64,000 nt of DNA, from the NCBI RefSeq assembly GCF_036321535.1, contig NC_087445.1, forward strand, positions 78,430,001 through 78,494,000, in the 5' to 3' direction. The stretch comes from Camelus dromedarius (taxonomy: Eukaryota). Of this stretch, positions 45,471 to 57,860 are shown in pieces. A model generated the notes under the pieces. It saw only the letters and a program-made list of their open reading frames with translations. It was not told the origin of the DNA and ran no database searches. The translations under genes were made by a program, and so were the position numbers. Every line of letters begins with the position of its first letter. Position 1 is the first letter of the stretch.

Positions 45471-46872
45471 AAAAACCCTCTTGGCAATGACTTATTATTT
45501 TATATGTAGACAGCTTACAGTTTTTTACATTTATTTATAAATCATTTACATCATGTGATGCTGTAATAGTTACTTTACTTTATTTTTTCACATTTTGGTG
45601 TATACGTTCTAGTGCAAAAGCAAACAGACATATAGTCCTGGATGCACGTCCTGACCTGCTGTGGTTTAAACATTTGGGGGGCCATTGCTTTCTCACGGAT
45701 CTAAACATTTTCCAAGGATATCGTGAACTGTAGAACAGCACTCTGGTGTGCATTTACCATTCTCTGCTGTTTTTCCTTAAAGTGAGGTATAGTCAGTGAA
45801 CACTGAGATGCCAGGGCTTCAGGACACACACAGCTGTGTCAGATTCATGCAGCTCCAGGACCCACACCAGTAAAACAGAACATTCTCATCACCTCACAAA
45901 GATCCTGAGTCCACATCACCTGCGCCCCACACCAGGGAAGCCACTTCTCACCCTAGATTAGTTTTGGGCGTTATAGAACTTCTAGAACTTTCTTCCTTGT
46001 TGAGCTGCCGTTTGACGTTCCATTGACACTGCCACAAGTGACAGCTTTGTTCCTTCTTACTGCTGAGTGTGTTCCGTTGTGGGCAGCTCACAGCTTTTGA
46101 AATGACCAGTTGACGGACGGTTGGGTTGGTTGTGGTTTGGGGCGATAAGGAGTGTAACGTCTATGCACACTCCTGTATGTGTTCTGTTTGTGGGGTTTTT
46201 TTTAATGTCCAATTTTTAAAAATTGACATATAGTCATTTTACAGTGTTGCATCAATTGCTGGTGTGCAGCGTAATAATGCAGGCATCCATATGCATACAT
46301 ACATTTGTTTACACGTCCTTTTTCATTATAGGTTACTACAAGCTATTGAACAGAATTCCCTGTGTTTTCATGTGTTTTTAAATATATGGATCAAAAGAGA
46401 GGCCAGGAGTAACCTCTCTGAGAGACTGCCAGACTGATTCCCAGTGGGGCTGCACGCCTCACACCCCCACCCGCAGTGCCCGCAGCCCCGGGGCCCCAGG
46501 CCCCGCCGGCAGCAGGTGACCCAGGCTTGTCCAGCTGTAGTCTAGTCACCCGGAGGGTGTTGTTGCTTCAGTCTGCGTCTCTCTGCTGACTGGCGAGGTG
46601 GGGGGTTTTCATGTGTTCTTTGGACGTTGCAGGAATTCTTTGTATATTCTGGGTATGTTCCTTTATATATTCATGTTTATGTATTTCTATTTATAAATAT
46701 ATATTGCTTATTACTCTTTGGTTGTATGCACGTGTCTCAGGTACTTTCTGTAGCATGTGGCTTCCGTTTTTATTCACTTGATGGTGCTTCTTTTTTCTTA
46801 CTGCTTTTATTTATTTATTTTTATTAAAAAAATGTTTATTGAAGTGTACTTGATTTACAGTGTTAGTTTCAA

Positions 46873-47020
46873 GGGGGAGGGTATAGCTTAGTGCTTAGAG
46901 CAGGTGCTTAGCATGCACCAGGTCCTGGGTTCAATCCCCAGTACCTCCATGAAAAAGTAACTTAATAAATAAATAAACCTAATTACTTCCCCCCCCCAAA
47001 GAAAGCAGAAACATACAATA
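46873..47020 (+). mobile_element. tRNA-Ala-derived SINE inserted in an L1 3' end
   Basis: ggggagggtatagcttagtgcttagagc...cttagcatgcaccaggtcctgggttcaatccccagtacctcc; flanking ttagtttca duplicated (46863, 47021). Confidence 0.9.
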
Positions 47021-47507
47021 TTAGTTTCAGGTGTACAGAAAAGTGATTCACTTATACATATGCATACATACATATTTTTTCAGATTCTTTCCCATTATAT
47101 GTTATTACAAGAAATTGAATATAGTTCCCTGTGCTCTACAGTAGGTAATGGTGTCTCCTGAGGAACAGAAAATTTTAACCTGAGAAAGGCCAGTTTATCA
47201 CTTTTTTTAAATGTGTGCTGCATCTTCTCTACTAAGTATGCCTGCCCTGAAGACATAAAGATACTCTTTTATGTTTTCTTCTGGCAATTTTATTATGAAA
47301 CCATTTATATTTAGGTCTGTAGTCCATCTCTATTTCTAGAAATGATGTGACATAAGGGTCAAAGTTTTCTTTTCCCACAAGGATAAATGTTGTTCACTGT
47401 CCATTTGTTGAAGAGATTTTTCTTACCCCACTGAATTGCACTGGCCCACGTGCTAAGAATAATTTAACAGTGCATTTCGAGGCTATTTCTCAATTGGCAT
47501 TAATCTT

Positions 47508-47634
47508 ATTTTTTTAGTGGCATTTCTTGGGGGAGGTAATTCGGTTTATTTATTCTTGTTTTCTCTGTTTTTATTACTGGAGGCACCGGTAACAAGCCCA
47601 GGACTCGCGCTCCACCACTGAGCTGTGCCCTCCC
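47508..47634 (-). mobile_element. tRNA-Ala-derived SINE (internally deleted)
   Basis: ggaggtaattcggtttattt...ctggaggcacc...ccaccactgagctgtgccctccc. Confidence 0.75.
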
Positions 47635-47785
47635 TTTGCAATCTGTCTGTTCCTCTATCTTTTTGGCCAATTCCAGTCTTGAAGCCCCTGGAATCCTCCT
47701 ATTTTGTTCTTTACCTTCAACATTATTTTGTCTGTTATTTGTCATTTGCCCTTGCAGATGGATTTTTAAAATCATCTTGTTAGTT

Positions 47786-47834
47786 CATACGCACACACAC
47801 GCACACATGCACGCGCGCACACACACACGCGCAC
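47786..47834. repeat. Alternating purine-pyrimidine (CA/CG)n tract
   Basis: catacgcacacacacgcacacatgcacgcgcgcacacacacacgcgcac. Confidence 0.85.
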
Positions 47835-48259
47835 TTGCTGGCATTCTGACTGATTGAACTGACTCTCTAGCTGAACTTGGGCAGGAATGACATCGTAACT
47901 ATACTGGGTCTTCCAGACCATGAACACGATACACCTCTCCTTTAATTTAGATCTTTTGAAATTTTTCTTAGCAATGCTCTGCAGTTTTCATTAGTGAGAA
48001 CTTACACATCATTCATTAAGTTTATTCTGAGGTATTTTATGTTTTGTGATACTATTGTAATAGTATTTTGAAAGTTTCTGACTTTCTGAGGACAGTCCTG
48101 AGCTCAGGGCCCAGGAGAGGGAATGGGGTGTTGTGGAAATGTAAAGGGCACCACCTGTGCCCGCCCACCCAGGACCCTCTGAGGTGCTCCTGCGTGGCCA
48201 GCACGTCCACTGAGAATTCTGTCGACTGAAAAACTACCAGTGAACATGTTCCTGGGTTC

Positions 48260-48670
48260 TGCGTGGCATCAGCCAGGTCTTTTCTGGTAGACAAACCCCA
48301 GAAGAACAGAAGGAAGACCTACACGCCCCAGATATTACTGCAACGTGAGTGTGTCTGGCACCGGGACCAGAAGGTGCCACCCAGACCACGCCCGCCCTTC
48401 TACAGCCCATCCTGTGGTCCCCGGGGATGGCGGCGAGGGCGGGGGGGCCTGGGGCCGGGGGCAGGGAGGTGCTGACTGAGACCCCGCCAGGGAGGACTTC
48501 TGGGGGTGACAGAAATGTTGTCTATTTTGATTATGGTGTTAGGTACAGGGGCATAAACATCTGTCCATACGTATCACGCTCTAAATGGCTGCACTTTATT
48601 GTGTGTAAATTATGCCACAATAAAGTTGATTTTTAGGAATATGAATGATAAACCTAACGATTTTCTTTGC
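48260..48670 (+). mobile_element. Ancient L1M 3' terminus
   Basis: gacagaaatgttgtctattttgattatggtg...actttattgtgtgtaaattatgccacaataaagttgattttt. Confidence 0.6.
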
Positions 48671-49374
48671 ACCTCGATTAAAATGAAAAGAAGCCACGCC
48701 CCCAGAGACACCCCGGGAGCACTTGAGGAGTACTTTATGGACAAAATGACCTTGAGAATTCCAAGTCCTGGGTTACTTATTACTTTGCTCCGAGATAAGG
48801 GAGCCGGAGGCTGGCTGCGGGGAACCAGGAGCGGGAGGCCGAGGGCAGAGGGCTGACTTCCAGCTGCCCGCGGCCTGCTCTGGCCGCCGGCGGGGGCTGA
48901 GGCGTCCTGGGGTGCGTCCCGGCCAGCAGAGCACAGGCTGCTGTCTAATTTCCTGGTGGCTGCCTCACCTGCAGCGCCACATCTACGTGGAGGGCGCACC
49001 TGGGGCGCAACAGTGTCCCTGACAGGACAGGCCCCTCCACCTGCTTCTCCGGGGGGCTGTGCAGGGCTGGCAGGCCAGGCCTGGGAGGTGAATCCCAGCG
49101 CACCCGGGGCCGGCTCTCAGAGGCACTCAGGACTACTTCCATGTTTCATTCTGTTCAGTCCGTTGTCAGACAGTTTAATTCTTAGAAAGTTCTTCAGTAC
49201 AGACCTCCAAAGTTAGGGTGTCGCATATATGCCCTCTGGGAAGGACAGGTGGAGCCCAGCACGCAGCCAGCAATGTCGGACAGAACAGGCTGGATGTCGA
49301 TGTCACCTGGGAGAGCACAGACCACCCCCAAATCTGCAGCTCTTCTTCCTCTAGCGCCCCATTTTAGGACTGAA

Positions 49375-49660
49375 TAAAGACTACATTTCCCAGCTTTCCT
49401 TGCAGCGAGGTTATGTGACTAAGTTCTCATCAATGGGGTGCAAGCAGATTTGGCAAAAGTGACTTCTAGGAAGTGTCCTGGAGGGAGGGGGGCCAGGCCC
49501 TACCCTAGTTCACTCCTCCTCCTCCACCTCCTCCTCACTGTTGGCTGGAATGTAGATTTGATGGCTGGACATGAGCTGCCATTTTGAGCCATGTGAATGA
49601 AAGGTCCACCTACCAGAACAACAGCCTGTATTCTAAAGGCACATGCCAGCCCTAGGACCA
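49375..49660. mobile_element. Old MaLR (MLT1J/K-like) fragment
   Basis: gactacatttcccagctttccttgcag...atgtgactaagttct...gctgccattttgagccatg. Confidence 0.5.
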
Positions 49661-50989
49661 CCTATTCCAATTTCACTGATGGGAAACATACTGTCTTGTG
49701 TACATGGCTGCTGTTTTGAATTTTGTCATACCTCTTTGGAAAGTTTATGGGACATTTTGGGCTTGGTTCCCTTGGGGGTTCTTGTCCATAGAGTACCAAT
49801 GAGGAGGCCCAGAGACTGGCAGAGGTGGATTTTACCCACTGGAGGAGAAGTGTACTGAAAGTACACCTGGTTTCCAGGCTCCATCTCTGAGTTAGGCAGG
49901 AGTTCAAGCAGAGAGAGAAGTACTTGCCTTGCTTACGCCCGGCACAGCCACTTCCTTTGACTGGGATACAGTGAGAGGAGGTGGTTGGAAGACTCTGCAG
50001 TTCCAGTGCCACCTGGTCATCAGAGCCTTGTCCACCACCGGCCCCCTGTGCTGAGGCTCCAGGCTCTGTGGGAGGACCTGGTAGCACTCCATGACTGGTC
50101 CTGATGGTTCTGAGGGATGTGGTCTGTGTCTTGAAGGGAGATGTGGTGGCCATAGCCACAGGGCTGTGACAGAGCCCATGTGCTGCTGACCGTCCACTCT
50201 GTGGCCCTTGGGCCCTGGGGCCCTGGAACATCCTCCCTTCCTCATTTGACCAAATGGGAGAACAGCACAGCATGGCCAATTGCTTCATGAGGCCCATGAT
50301 GGGGTCACTTCCCCAGGCCCTGGTGCGGGCTCCTTCCGGGGATGGCAGAAGCCAGGAGCCACTGTGGGGCTGTAAAACAAAGAATGTTGCCCACCACCCG
50401 CTCTCCAAGGATCCAGTCACTAACCACTGCAGCCGCTGACCTCCAGTGCACCCTGAAAGGAATTCAGGAGCAAGAACAGGATGAGGCACTCTGTGCTTTG
50501 GGAAAACAGGCCCCTTAGAGAGTTAGATACATTTCAGGAAAAAATTTTATAACCCAATTCTTGCATCTTTCCACACTTAGAAAAGCACTACAGTCATTAA
50601 CGGAGATCCATGCTTCTTATGACTGGCAGTAACCTCCTACTGAGATGTGCGCTGGGTGGGCGGATTCCACCACCAAAACCACATCCATACCAGCCGCTCC
50701 CCACCTCCCCACCGCCCCTTCCCAGCAGTCCTTCAGAGCTACCCAGAGGCTGTCTGCTGGGCTGCAGTTCTCAGGCGCTGAATGAAACTCAGCTCACGCC
50801 TCCCGCGGTGGCGCAGTTTTAGAATTTCCGCCAACAGGGTCAGCACACCTGCCTCCTCCTCAGAATCGCTGACCACGCCGCTGGCCCAACCCCAGCGCCC
50901 TCCCTGCCAGCAGCCCTTCCACGACGTGCCCCCAGGTTCTGGTCCCGCCACCCCTCGAAACCGCACGGATTGCCAGTGTCCCACCTTCA

Positions 50990-52500
50990 GCAACGACTGC
51001 TAGGCTTTCCCCAGGGGTCTCCTAAGTGACCCTGGGCTCTTCTTAGCCTTTCCAGCGCTTTCCCCCAACTCAATTCTGTCTTCACACAAAGTAAAGCCAG
51101 CCCGCGAGGCTGCAGCCCCAGCTCTTCGCTCAGAGCTGGCCTCGCTGGCCCCAAGCGCCCCCATTGGAACCGCCTTCGGCTCCCTAGCCCCAACCCTTCG
51201 CGCTCCCATCCCCGGAGCCCCTGGCCCTGGCCCCGCGGCCACCCTGCGAAGTGCCCTGGCCAACTTTCTGGCCAACTTTCGGGAGACGAAAGTGGGCCCT
51301 GAGCAGCGGGGAGCGGGGTCCAGGCCTGCGAGGGTGGTGTGTGGCGGCGCGACCACTCCGGCCGGGCGTCCGCGGCAGGCGGAGGGGCGCCCACGCGCGG
51401 CGAAGAGCGGGGTGGGGGATCGCTCTGCCTCAGACCCCGGGTCCCTGGGGGCAGTGCCCGCCGCGGCCGCAGGGCGGCAGCACAGCCTGGGCCGCCCGGT
51501 CCTGGGCAGGCACCCCAACCCGGGTCCGAGCCTTGCATCCAAAATCCCGCCACCCGCTGCGGACGCTGCTCGCTGGCCCCACTCGCTCCAGGCGGGGGGC
51601 GTCCCGGGCCCCAAGAGCCAGGTTTCGGGCCCGTTGCCCCATCCCTCGTCGCCCCTCGGACGTCAGGTGGGCGGCGGTCAGGGTCCCCATGTCCCGCTCG
51701 GGCCGCCTCCGCCCCTCCCCCCGCTCGCCGAGGTCTCGGGTCGTCAGGCGCCGCCTTGGGGAGGGGAGGGGGGAGCCTTCCTCTCCGGCGTCCAACCACC
51801 CAGGCCTGGAGGCGGCGGGGGTTCCGACAGTCAGTCTCGGCTCAGGCCTCTCACCCACGCGGGGCGCACGGGAGCCCCACGCGCAGCAGCGTCTGGTGAG
51901 CGCGGGAGTGGGGGGCCTCCAGAGCGAGCCGCCCTCCCCAGGCCACGACCTCAGAACAGAGATGACAGCTGGTCTCTACCCTTCGCATCCTACGCTCAGC
52001 TAGTGGGTGCGCTGGGCGCTGGGCAGGGGAGGCAGGGCTGGCTCCTGCGCACCCACCGCACCCTGCGCTCTTCCCCACCGCCCTCGAGTGGCCCTCGCTG
52101 GTTCTGAATGCGAAGATCCGGCCTCTGGAGCGCTTGCCTCCGCCCTTGGCCAGGCCCCCACTGCCCAGCTCCCTCCTCTGCCGGTGCGGGTTCCCCTAAC
52201 GGTGCCCCCACCGCGTTCCTCCCCCCCAGACGCCCCGCTAGCCGCTCCCCGCCTTCCCCGCTACCCCCGTCCTCATTAGCATAGCAGCTGCTCGCCGAGC
52301 GGGGACCCGCGCGCAGGAAAGGGCAGAGGCCTCGGGAATGAATGGGGGCCGCGGCTTTGGAGGGGGCGAGAGAAGAAAGACCGACAGACGGACGCGCGGA
52401 GGGACGGTCCGACGTACAGCCGAGCAGAAGAATGCGCCCGGCTGAGGGGAGGGAAGTGTTGGGGGCGAACCGGGAGCCTAGGCCGGCAGAGGCGGAGTGG
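50990..52500. promoter_or_regulatory. Orphan CpG island downstream of NRARP
   Basis: High CpG and GC content, GC boxes, no recognisable coding sequence. Confidence 0.6.
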
Positions 52501-55200
52501 TGGGGGAGGGCGGCCTTCCGAGACCCCGAAGCCCCGGGAGGGGCTGCTCTGGAGGTCTCCGGAGGAGCCGTCGCGGCAGTTCCCAGACATCCCGAGGCCC
52601 CTATGGCCCGCGCCCTTACGCCAAAGCCTCAGGCTTTGTTTCCCGGCTGCCCCCAGCGCCAGGCCCCCTTTCCTGTCCTTCAAGGCCCAGGCGGACGCCG
52701 GCCTCCCCTCCGCAGCCTCCACGGCGGCATCACGAGGGTCTTGGCCTCCCTGAGGCCCTGTGCCTGTGTGCACTCGGGTCTGTGCCGCCCAGCGCTTAGC
52801 AGCAAGGCCTTTGAGAGACAGAGCCCAGAGGGCAGCCCCCTTTCCTGTCCACCTCCTAACCTGTCTCTTTGGCCCTCGGTTCCTAGTTCTGGCCTCAAAA
52901 TCCTGCCCTCCCTCTATCCGGCTCTGTCCTGGCCCCAGTGCTGCTGACTCGTCACATCGCTCTTTCTGGCTGACCGTTCTCCTGCATTTCCTGGTCTCTC
53001 TCTAGCATCCCTTCCAGCAGTAAACACTGCTTGCGTCCAGCCGAGGTCAGGTCAGAGAGATGGACAGTTGGACAGGAGCGTCCAGCACTCTGGGCTGGGG
53101 GAGTGGAGTCAGCCCTGTCCCTGCTCATTTGCTCTGTCACCTTTCTCTGTGGCTGCCACTCCAGGGGTTCCCAGTGGCCCAGCCCCTGCCTGCCAGACCC
53201 GTCCACCCCTGATCTCCTTGGTGCCCCTAGGACCCTCACCTGGCCTCTTACAGACACCTGCAGATCCTGGAAGCTAGGCAGAGCCAGTCAACTGCGCCTT
53301 CTCTTTCACCCTGGCCACAGAGAGGCTTGAAAAGATGTTCCAAACCCTGTACGCCTGCCTGAGGAGGGGTGGCAGGGACTCCCAGGTGACAGCATTGGCC
53401 AACTTGCCACAGTGAGCGCCAACTCCTGTTTGCTGAGCCCCGAGGTCCTGGAGTCAGAAGGAGCCTGCATCCTCCACTCATTTGTCTGTAGCTTTGACCC
53501 CACACGGGAAGGACACCCATGGTTTTAGTGTCTGCTGCCTAGGGCCCTGAGTGGCACCTGGAGTCCCTCACTGCCAGCCACCAGCTGGGGGCCCAGGCGA
53601 GGGGAGCAGTCTGTGCACAGAACAGCACCTGGGTAGAAGGGCAGCAGAACCCCACCAGGGCTCCCCTGCAAGCTGTGGGGCTGAGCCGGGCCTGGCTTTC
53701 TTTTGGGCCAGGGGAGAAAATTGTCTGTGAGCAGCACAAAGCCTTTCTGAGTCAAATGTGTTTTCCGTAAGAGAGGACTTCAGGAGACTGAGTCTCATGT
53801 AGTGGCAGCCACATGCCAAGGCAGCGGCCTCAGTGTCCTCACTCCACAGACTGACTGAGAATTTTAAGGGACAGCAACTGGCTGGGACACAGCAAACACC
53901 CCCCACCTCAGGTAACACCAAGAACAAGAGCTGCCTGGATTCTTGAGCAGGCTTCCTCCCTCTCCTGTGGCGAGTGTCCTGGTTGGGAAGTGGAGGCATG
54001 GTCCCGCACGCCCCCGTGGCCCAGCTGGTGCCCAGGCCTGACTTCACTCCCCATCTCCGGATGCCCCAACCTCCAAGTTCTTGCAGCAACTCTCCCTTCG
54101 GGACCAGGCACCCCCAGCACCCTCAGCCCACTCCCCTGAAGGCTCGGGGCAGGCCTTCCTACTTGGCCTGACAGTCCCCGGTGGAGCGTCCCCTGGGGGC
54201 TCATTTGTATCAAATATTCCACTCACCAATGTGCCAAGGGCAGAGCTGGCCCCAGTCTAGTGGGCCGGCTGGGGAGCCAGTAGACGCCAGTTTAACCAAA
54301 TGAAAATATGCATGGAAAACCCTGAGGGCAGAACAGAACAGGAGATGCAAAGAATGCAGGAAGGGCATCTCTGGGACAAAATGTAGCTGCACCACCTCCT
54401 GAGGGGAAGCCGACACCCTCAGGCATCTTGCAGGGGGTCTGAAAGCGGTACAAGATGTTACCTGGTACAGTGAAAACTTCCTCAACTCACTGGCTCTCCC
54501 AGTCTCCTCTGGGCAGGCCACGCTCGTTGGGGTGGGCATCCTCCCCTGCAACCCCTCCTGTGCCCGACTCAGGCTTGGGCTCAGAGGCCCTGCACTGTGG
54601 TCTGTGCTGGGGGCGACTGCCCAGGCCCGTGCAGGCCTCCTGCTCTCTAGGCACCACCAGAGGCTGGAGCAGAGGGAGGAGCCTTTTGCTTTTACTCATC
54701 AGAAGTGAGCAACTCCGATGTTCCCACAATTTAAAAGATGCCCTTTCTGTGCAGCAGGTGGTCCAGCATAAACCCAAAGCAGCTGGGGGGGGGGGGTGGT
54801 GGTGCAGGGAGACAAGAAGGGCCTGACCCCTTCACTAAGACCACTGGCACCTCAGGCCGGCTGGGGGGTGGGGTGGGGAAGAGCGTCAAGCAGAACTTTC
54901 CACGCAGAGGCCTCAGCTGCTTTGCCAGGGAGCAGAGGAAACGGTTCTGGACTTTCTCGGGTGCCCACTCCCACGGCTGGAAGAAGGTGGGCGGGCCCTC
55001 AGTCCGGTGCGAGACCGGCTGGGGGTCTTCGAGCTGAGGCTGAGCCAGCTTCCCAGGCTCGGTCTTCAGGTGGAAACAAGCCAAGCACTGCGCAGCCATC
55101 ACTGGCAAACAGCACGTTGCAGCCTGACCCTCTTCCCGGTGCCAAGCCCAAGAAGAACCCACAAACTTTCTTTTTTTAATATAAAAAGATCAATGAAAAA

Positions 55201-55206
55201 TTTATT
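55201..55206 (-). terminator. NRARP AATAAA poly(A) signal
   Basis: TTTATT on + strand at the end of an AU-rich 1.8-kb 3' UTR. Confidence 0.75.
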
Positions 55207-56989
55207 TATAAATTTTTCACGCTGGGCTACAAGTCTATATCGTACACTCAGGACTGTGCTGCAGACTTCATCCAGTTCGACGTAATCGTACTGGGACCCA
55301 TACACAGCTTCCATGTGAGCCTAGAAAGTCTTAACATTAATTAACATAATTAAAAAGGTATTTGCATCTAGAAAAAATATACAGAAAAACTCCTTCTGGA
55401 GTAGTCTGTGCCTCAGTTTCAATGTCTGCTTGTTTCACTGACATTATCAACATATTCTCCTCACACAGTTTTATAAAAAGCCACAGATGACTGCCCAAAT
55501 CTGACCAGCCACGCACAAAGGGCCTCCACCCACCTGTGTCCTCAAGTGCTCCCCATTTTTGCACGAAGGGTCAGCAGCACTTCTACCCAGGGGAAGCCTC
55601 ATTTAAATTTGAATAATTCAGCCTCCCTTTTATTTCTCAGGATCAAAACAACAAGGGGTGTGGGGTTGCATAGAAAATTGGAACCTCGGAGACCAGGAAG
55701 GGCGCCTTTCGGGACAGAAAGTGACGCAGAAGCACCGCCTCCATCCCAGGTCCCCGCGTAGCCCCTCCCGGCGGCCCCTCCCCTGTGGCAGGATTTTCGG
55801 ATTCGAACCGGGTGCTCCAAGCCCCGGGCGGCTGAAGAGGGGCAAAGCGGCCCTTCAGCTCACTCAGCAATTAGCACAAGAGATTCACAGTCTTATAGGT
55901 ATTTTATAAAAATATAAATATGGGTAAAGTTGCCTTCACAACGCTGGATACAACGCCCTTTAAAATTGGGTTTATAACCAAGATTCGAAATACACCTGAA
56001 ACTTGGCTTAAAATATGTTAATATTTTATATTCTGTCATAAATGTTATGACAGTTAATCGTGGCAATTCCATTTACTTTTTTTAAAAAAGTGTGCAACCG
56101 ACTGTTAACTATAATAGAACTCACTAGAAAAGGTCTGATTCCCACCCCCCACCACCCCCCCACCGCCCCGTCACCGCCACACCCGAGCACCCAGGCTCCC
56201 GCGGAAGCTTTACAAAACGGCAGGCTTGGGGGATGGTGACCTCTCACCGGAGAAAGGGGCGGGAGGCCCGGGGCTTCCAAAACTCACGCGGATTTGTGTG
56301 TGTGTGAGAGAGAAAAGGGGGGAGGGGAGGGAGAGGGGGGAGCGGAGGGGGCGAGAAGCCGGAGGGTGGGAGCAGCACAGGGAAACCGTCAGGCTGGGCG
56401 GTATTTTCAGTGCAACCAAGAAATAACAGACTCAAGTTTTTAGTTTTAGGACTAGGGGGGAAAAAAACACCCAAACTGCATCTTCCGCCCAGAATATTGA
56501 CCACGCACAGTATTTTCCAAACAAAAAAATCAGGCGCACTAGTTTCACCCACAAATACGCACACACGTGATAAATAGTTTAGAAACCCGGGAACAGCAGA
56601 GCCTCTCTGCCGCCGCGCGTCGGCCACGGGTCCTTCCACCTTCAGGAGAAAACATTTCGAGCGGAGGATCCGGTGTCTCGGGATTCCGAACTTGCTGGTC
56701 GCGAGACTCAGATTTCAAAGGGGCTGGAGCCCGCGCCCCGCCCCCACCCGCACGGCGGCGGCGGGCGGGGCCGTGGGAAGCGCTCCGGCCGGTCCCGGGC
56801 GGCCGCGGGGGGCGCCGACCCCGGGCCGCGGGCGGGTGCGGCGCGGCCCCGGTGGGCGCCGACGTGCGCGCCGGACTCTTGATGGCTGCGGGCGCCGAGG
56901 GCCGGGCGCACACCGAGGTAGTTGGCGGGAAGGTACAGCAGGGAGGACACGTGGGGGGCCCCGCATGCGGGTCGGGGTCCGAGCCGGCA

Positions 56990-57334
56990 TCACCGGCCGC
57001 TGCCCGCNNNNNNNNNNNNNNNNNNNNNNNNNNNNNNNNNNNNNNNNNNNNNNNNNNNNNNNNNNNNNNNNNNNNNNNNNNNNNNNNNNNNNNNNNNNNN
57101 NNNNNNNNNNNNNNNNNNNNNNNNNNNNNNNNNNNNNNNNNNNNNNNNNNNNNNNNNNNNNNNNNNNNNNNNNNNNNNNNNNNNNNNNNNNNNNNNNNNN
57201 NNNNNNNNNNNNNNNNNNNNNNNNNNNNNNNNNNNNNNNNNNNNNNNNNNNNNNNNNNNNNNNNNNNNNNNNNNNNNNNNNNNNNNNNNNNNNNNNNNNN
57301 NNNNNNNNNNNNNNNNNNNNNNNNNNNNNNNNNN
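56990..57334 (-). CDS. NRARP: Notch-regulated ankyrin repeat protein, single exon; only the last codons are visible and the start is inferred
   Basis: Visible 3' end GCG GGC AGC GGC CGG TGA (AGSGR*) resembles the NRARP C-terminus. The rest is in N gap 57008-57363, whose size fits a 114-aa CDS. CpG island, TATA, long AU-rich 3' UTR and position between TOR4A and EXD3 agree. Confidence 0.8.
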   Translation of the reverse strand, partial: XXXXXXXXXXXXXXXXXXXXXXXXXXXXXXXXXXXXXXXXXXXXXXXXXXXXXXXXXXXXXXXXXXXXXXXXXXXXXXXXXXXXXXXXXXXXXXXXXXXXXXXXXXXXXAGSGR

Positions 57335-57711
57335 NNNNNNNNNNNNNNNNNNNNNNNNNNNNNGTCGGGGCTCAGCTCGTGTAGCGGCTGCAGCACGGGC
57401 CCCCAGCTGCCTCCAGGCGCACCTCGGTGCATGGAGGGCGCGGCGCCCCCGGGCCCCGCACGCCGCCCCTGGGCGCTCCAGGCGCTGGGGGCCGGGGGCC
57501 GCCGCCGCGGGACCCCCGCCACATCCAGCTGCGCCCGGCGGGCGGGCGACGGGGGCAGGAGCTGCGCTCGCGGGGCAGGCCGGGCCCGGGCGGCGGCGCC
57601 GCGCTCTCCCGGTCCTTGCTCGCTCGGACTGCGGCTCCCACGCGGGCCCCACACGCCTCCCCACGCACAGCTGCACTCACACGCCCGCCGCGCCGGGGCG
57701 CCTTTTACCTC

Positions 57712-57860
57712 CTTTATATTTGCATAACAATAGGGCGTCCGTGACGCGCGCGCCGGCAGCCCGCTGATTGGAAGGCACCGGCGTGGGGGCGGGGCCGGGG
57801 CGGGGCGTGTCCCGGGGCGTGTCCGGCGGGGCGCGCCGCACGGCAGGGGGCGCTGGTCGC
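57712..57860 (-). promoter_or_regulatory. NRARP core promoter
   Basis: TATAAA (57718-57713), Sox-Oct ATTGTTATGCAAAT (57731-57718), TGACG half-CRE (about 57742), CCAAT (57767-57771), GC boxes, CTCF-like ACGGCAGGGGGCGCT (57840-57854). Confidence 0.75.

Noticed and set aside
33030-47634. tRNA-Ala(AGC)-like sequences as tRNA genes
   Set aside because: Degenerate stems, A-rich tails and TSDs show they are SINEs.
49662-50489. 275-aa minus-strand ORF
   Set aside because: TTG/GTG-type start, no recognisable domain, partly in old MaLR-like sequence.
55799-55809. Perfect Pol III B-box GGTTCGAATCC (- strand) in the NRARP 3' UTR
   Set aside because: About one such match is expected per window; the A-box is poor and there is no cloverleaf or T-run terminator.
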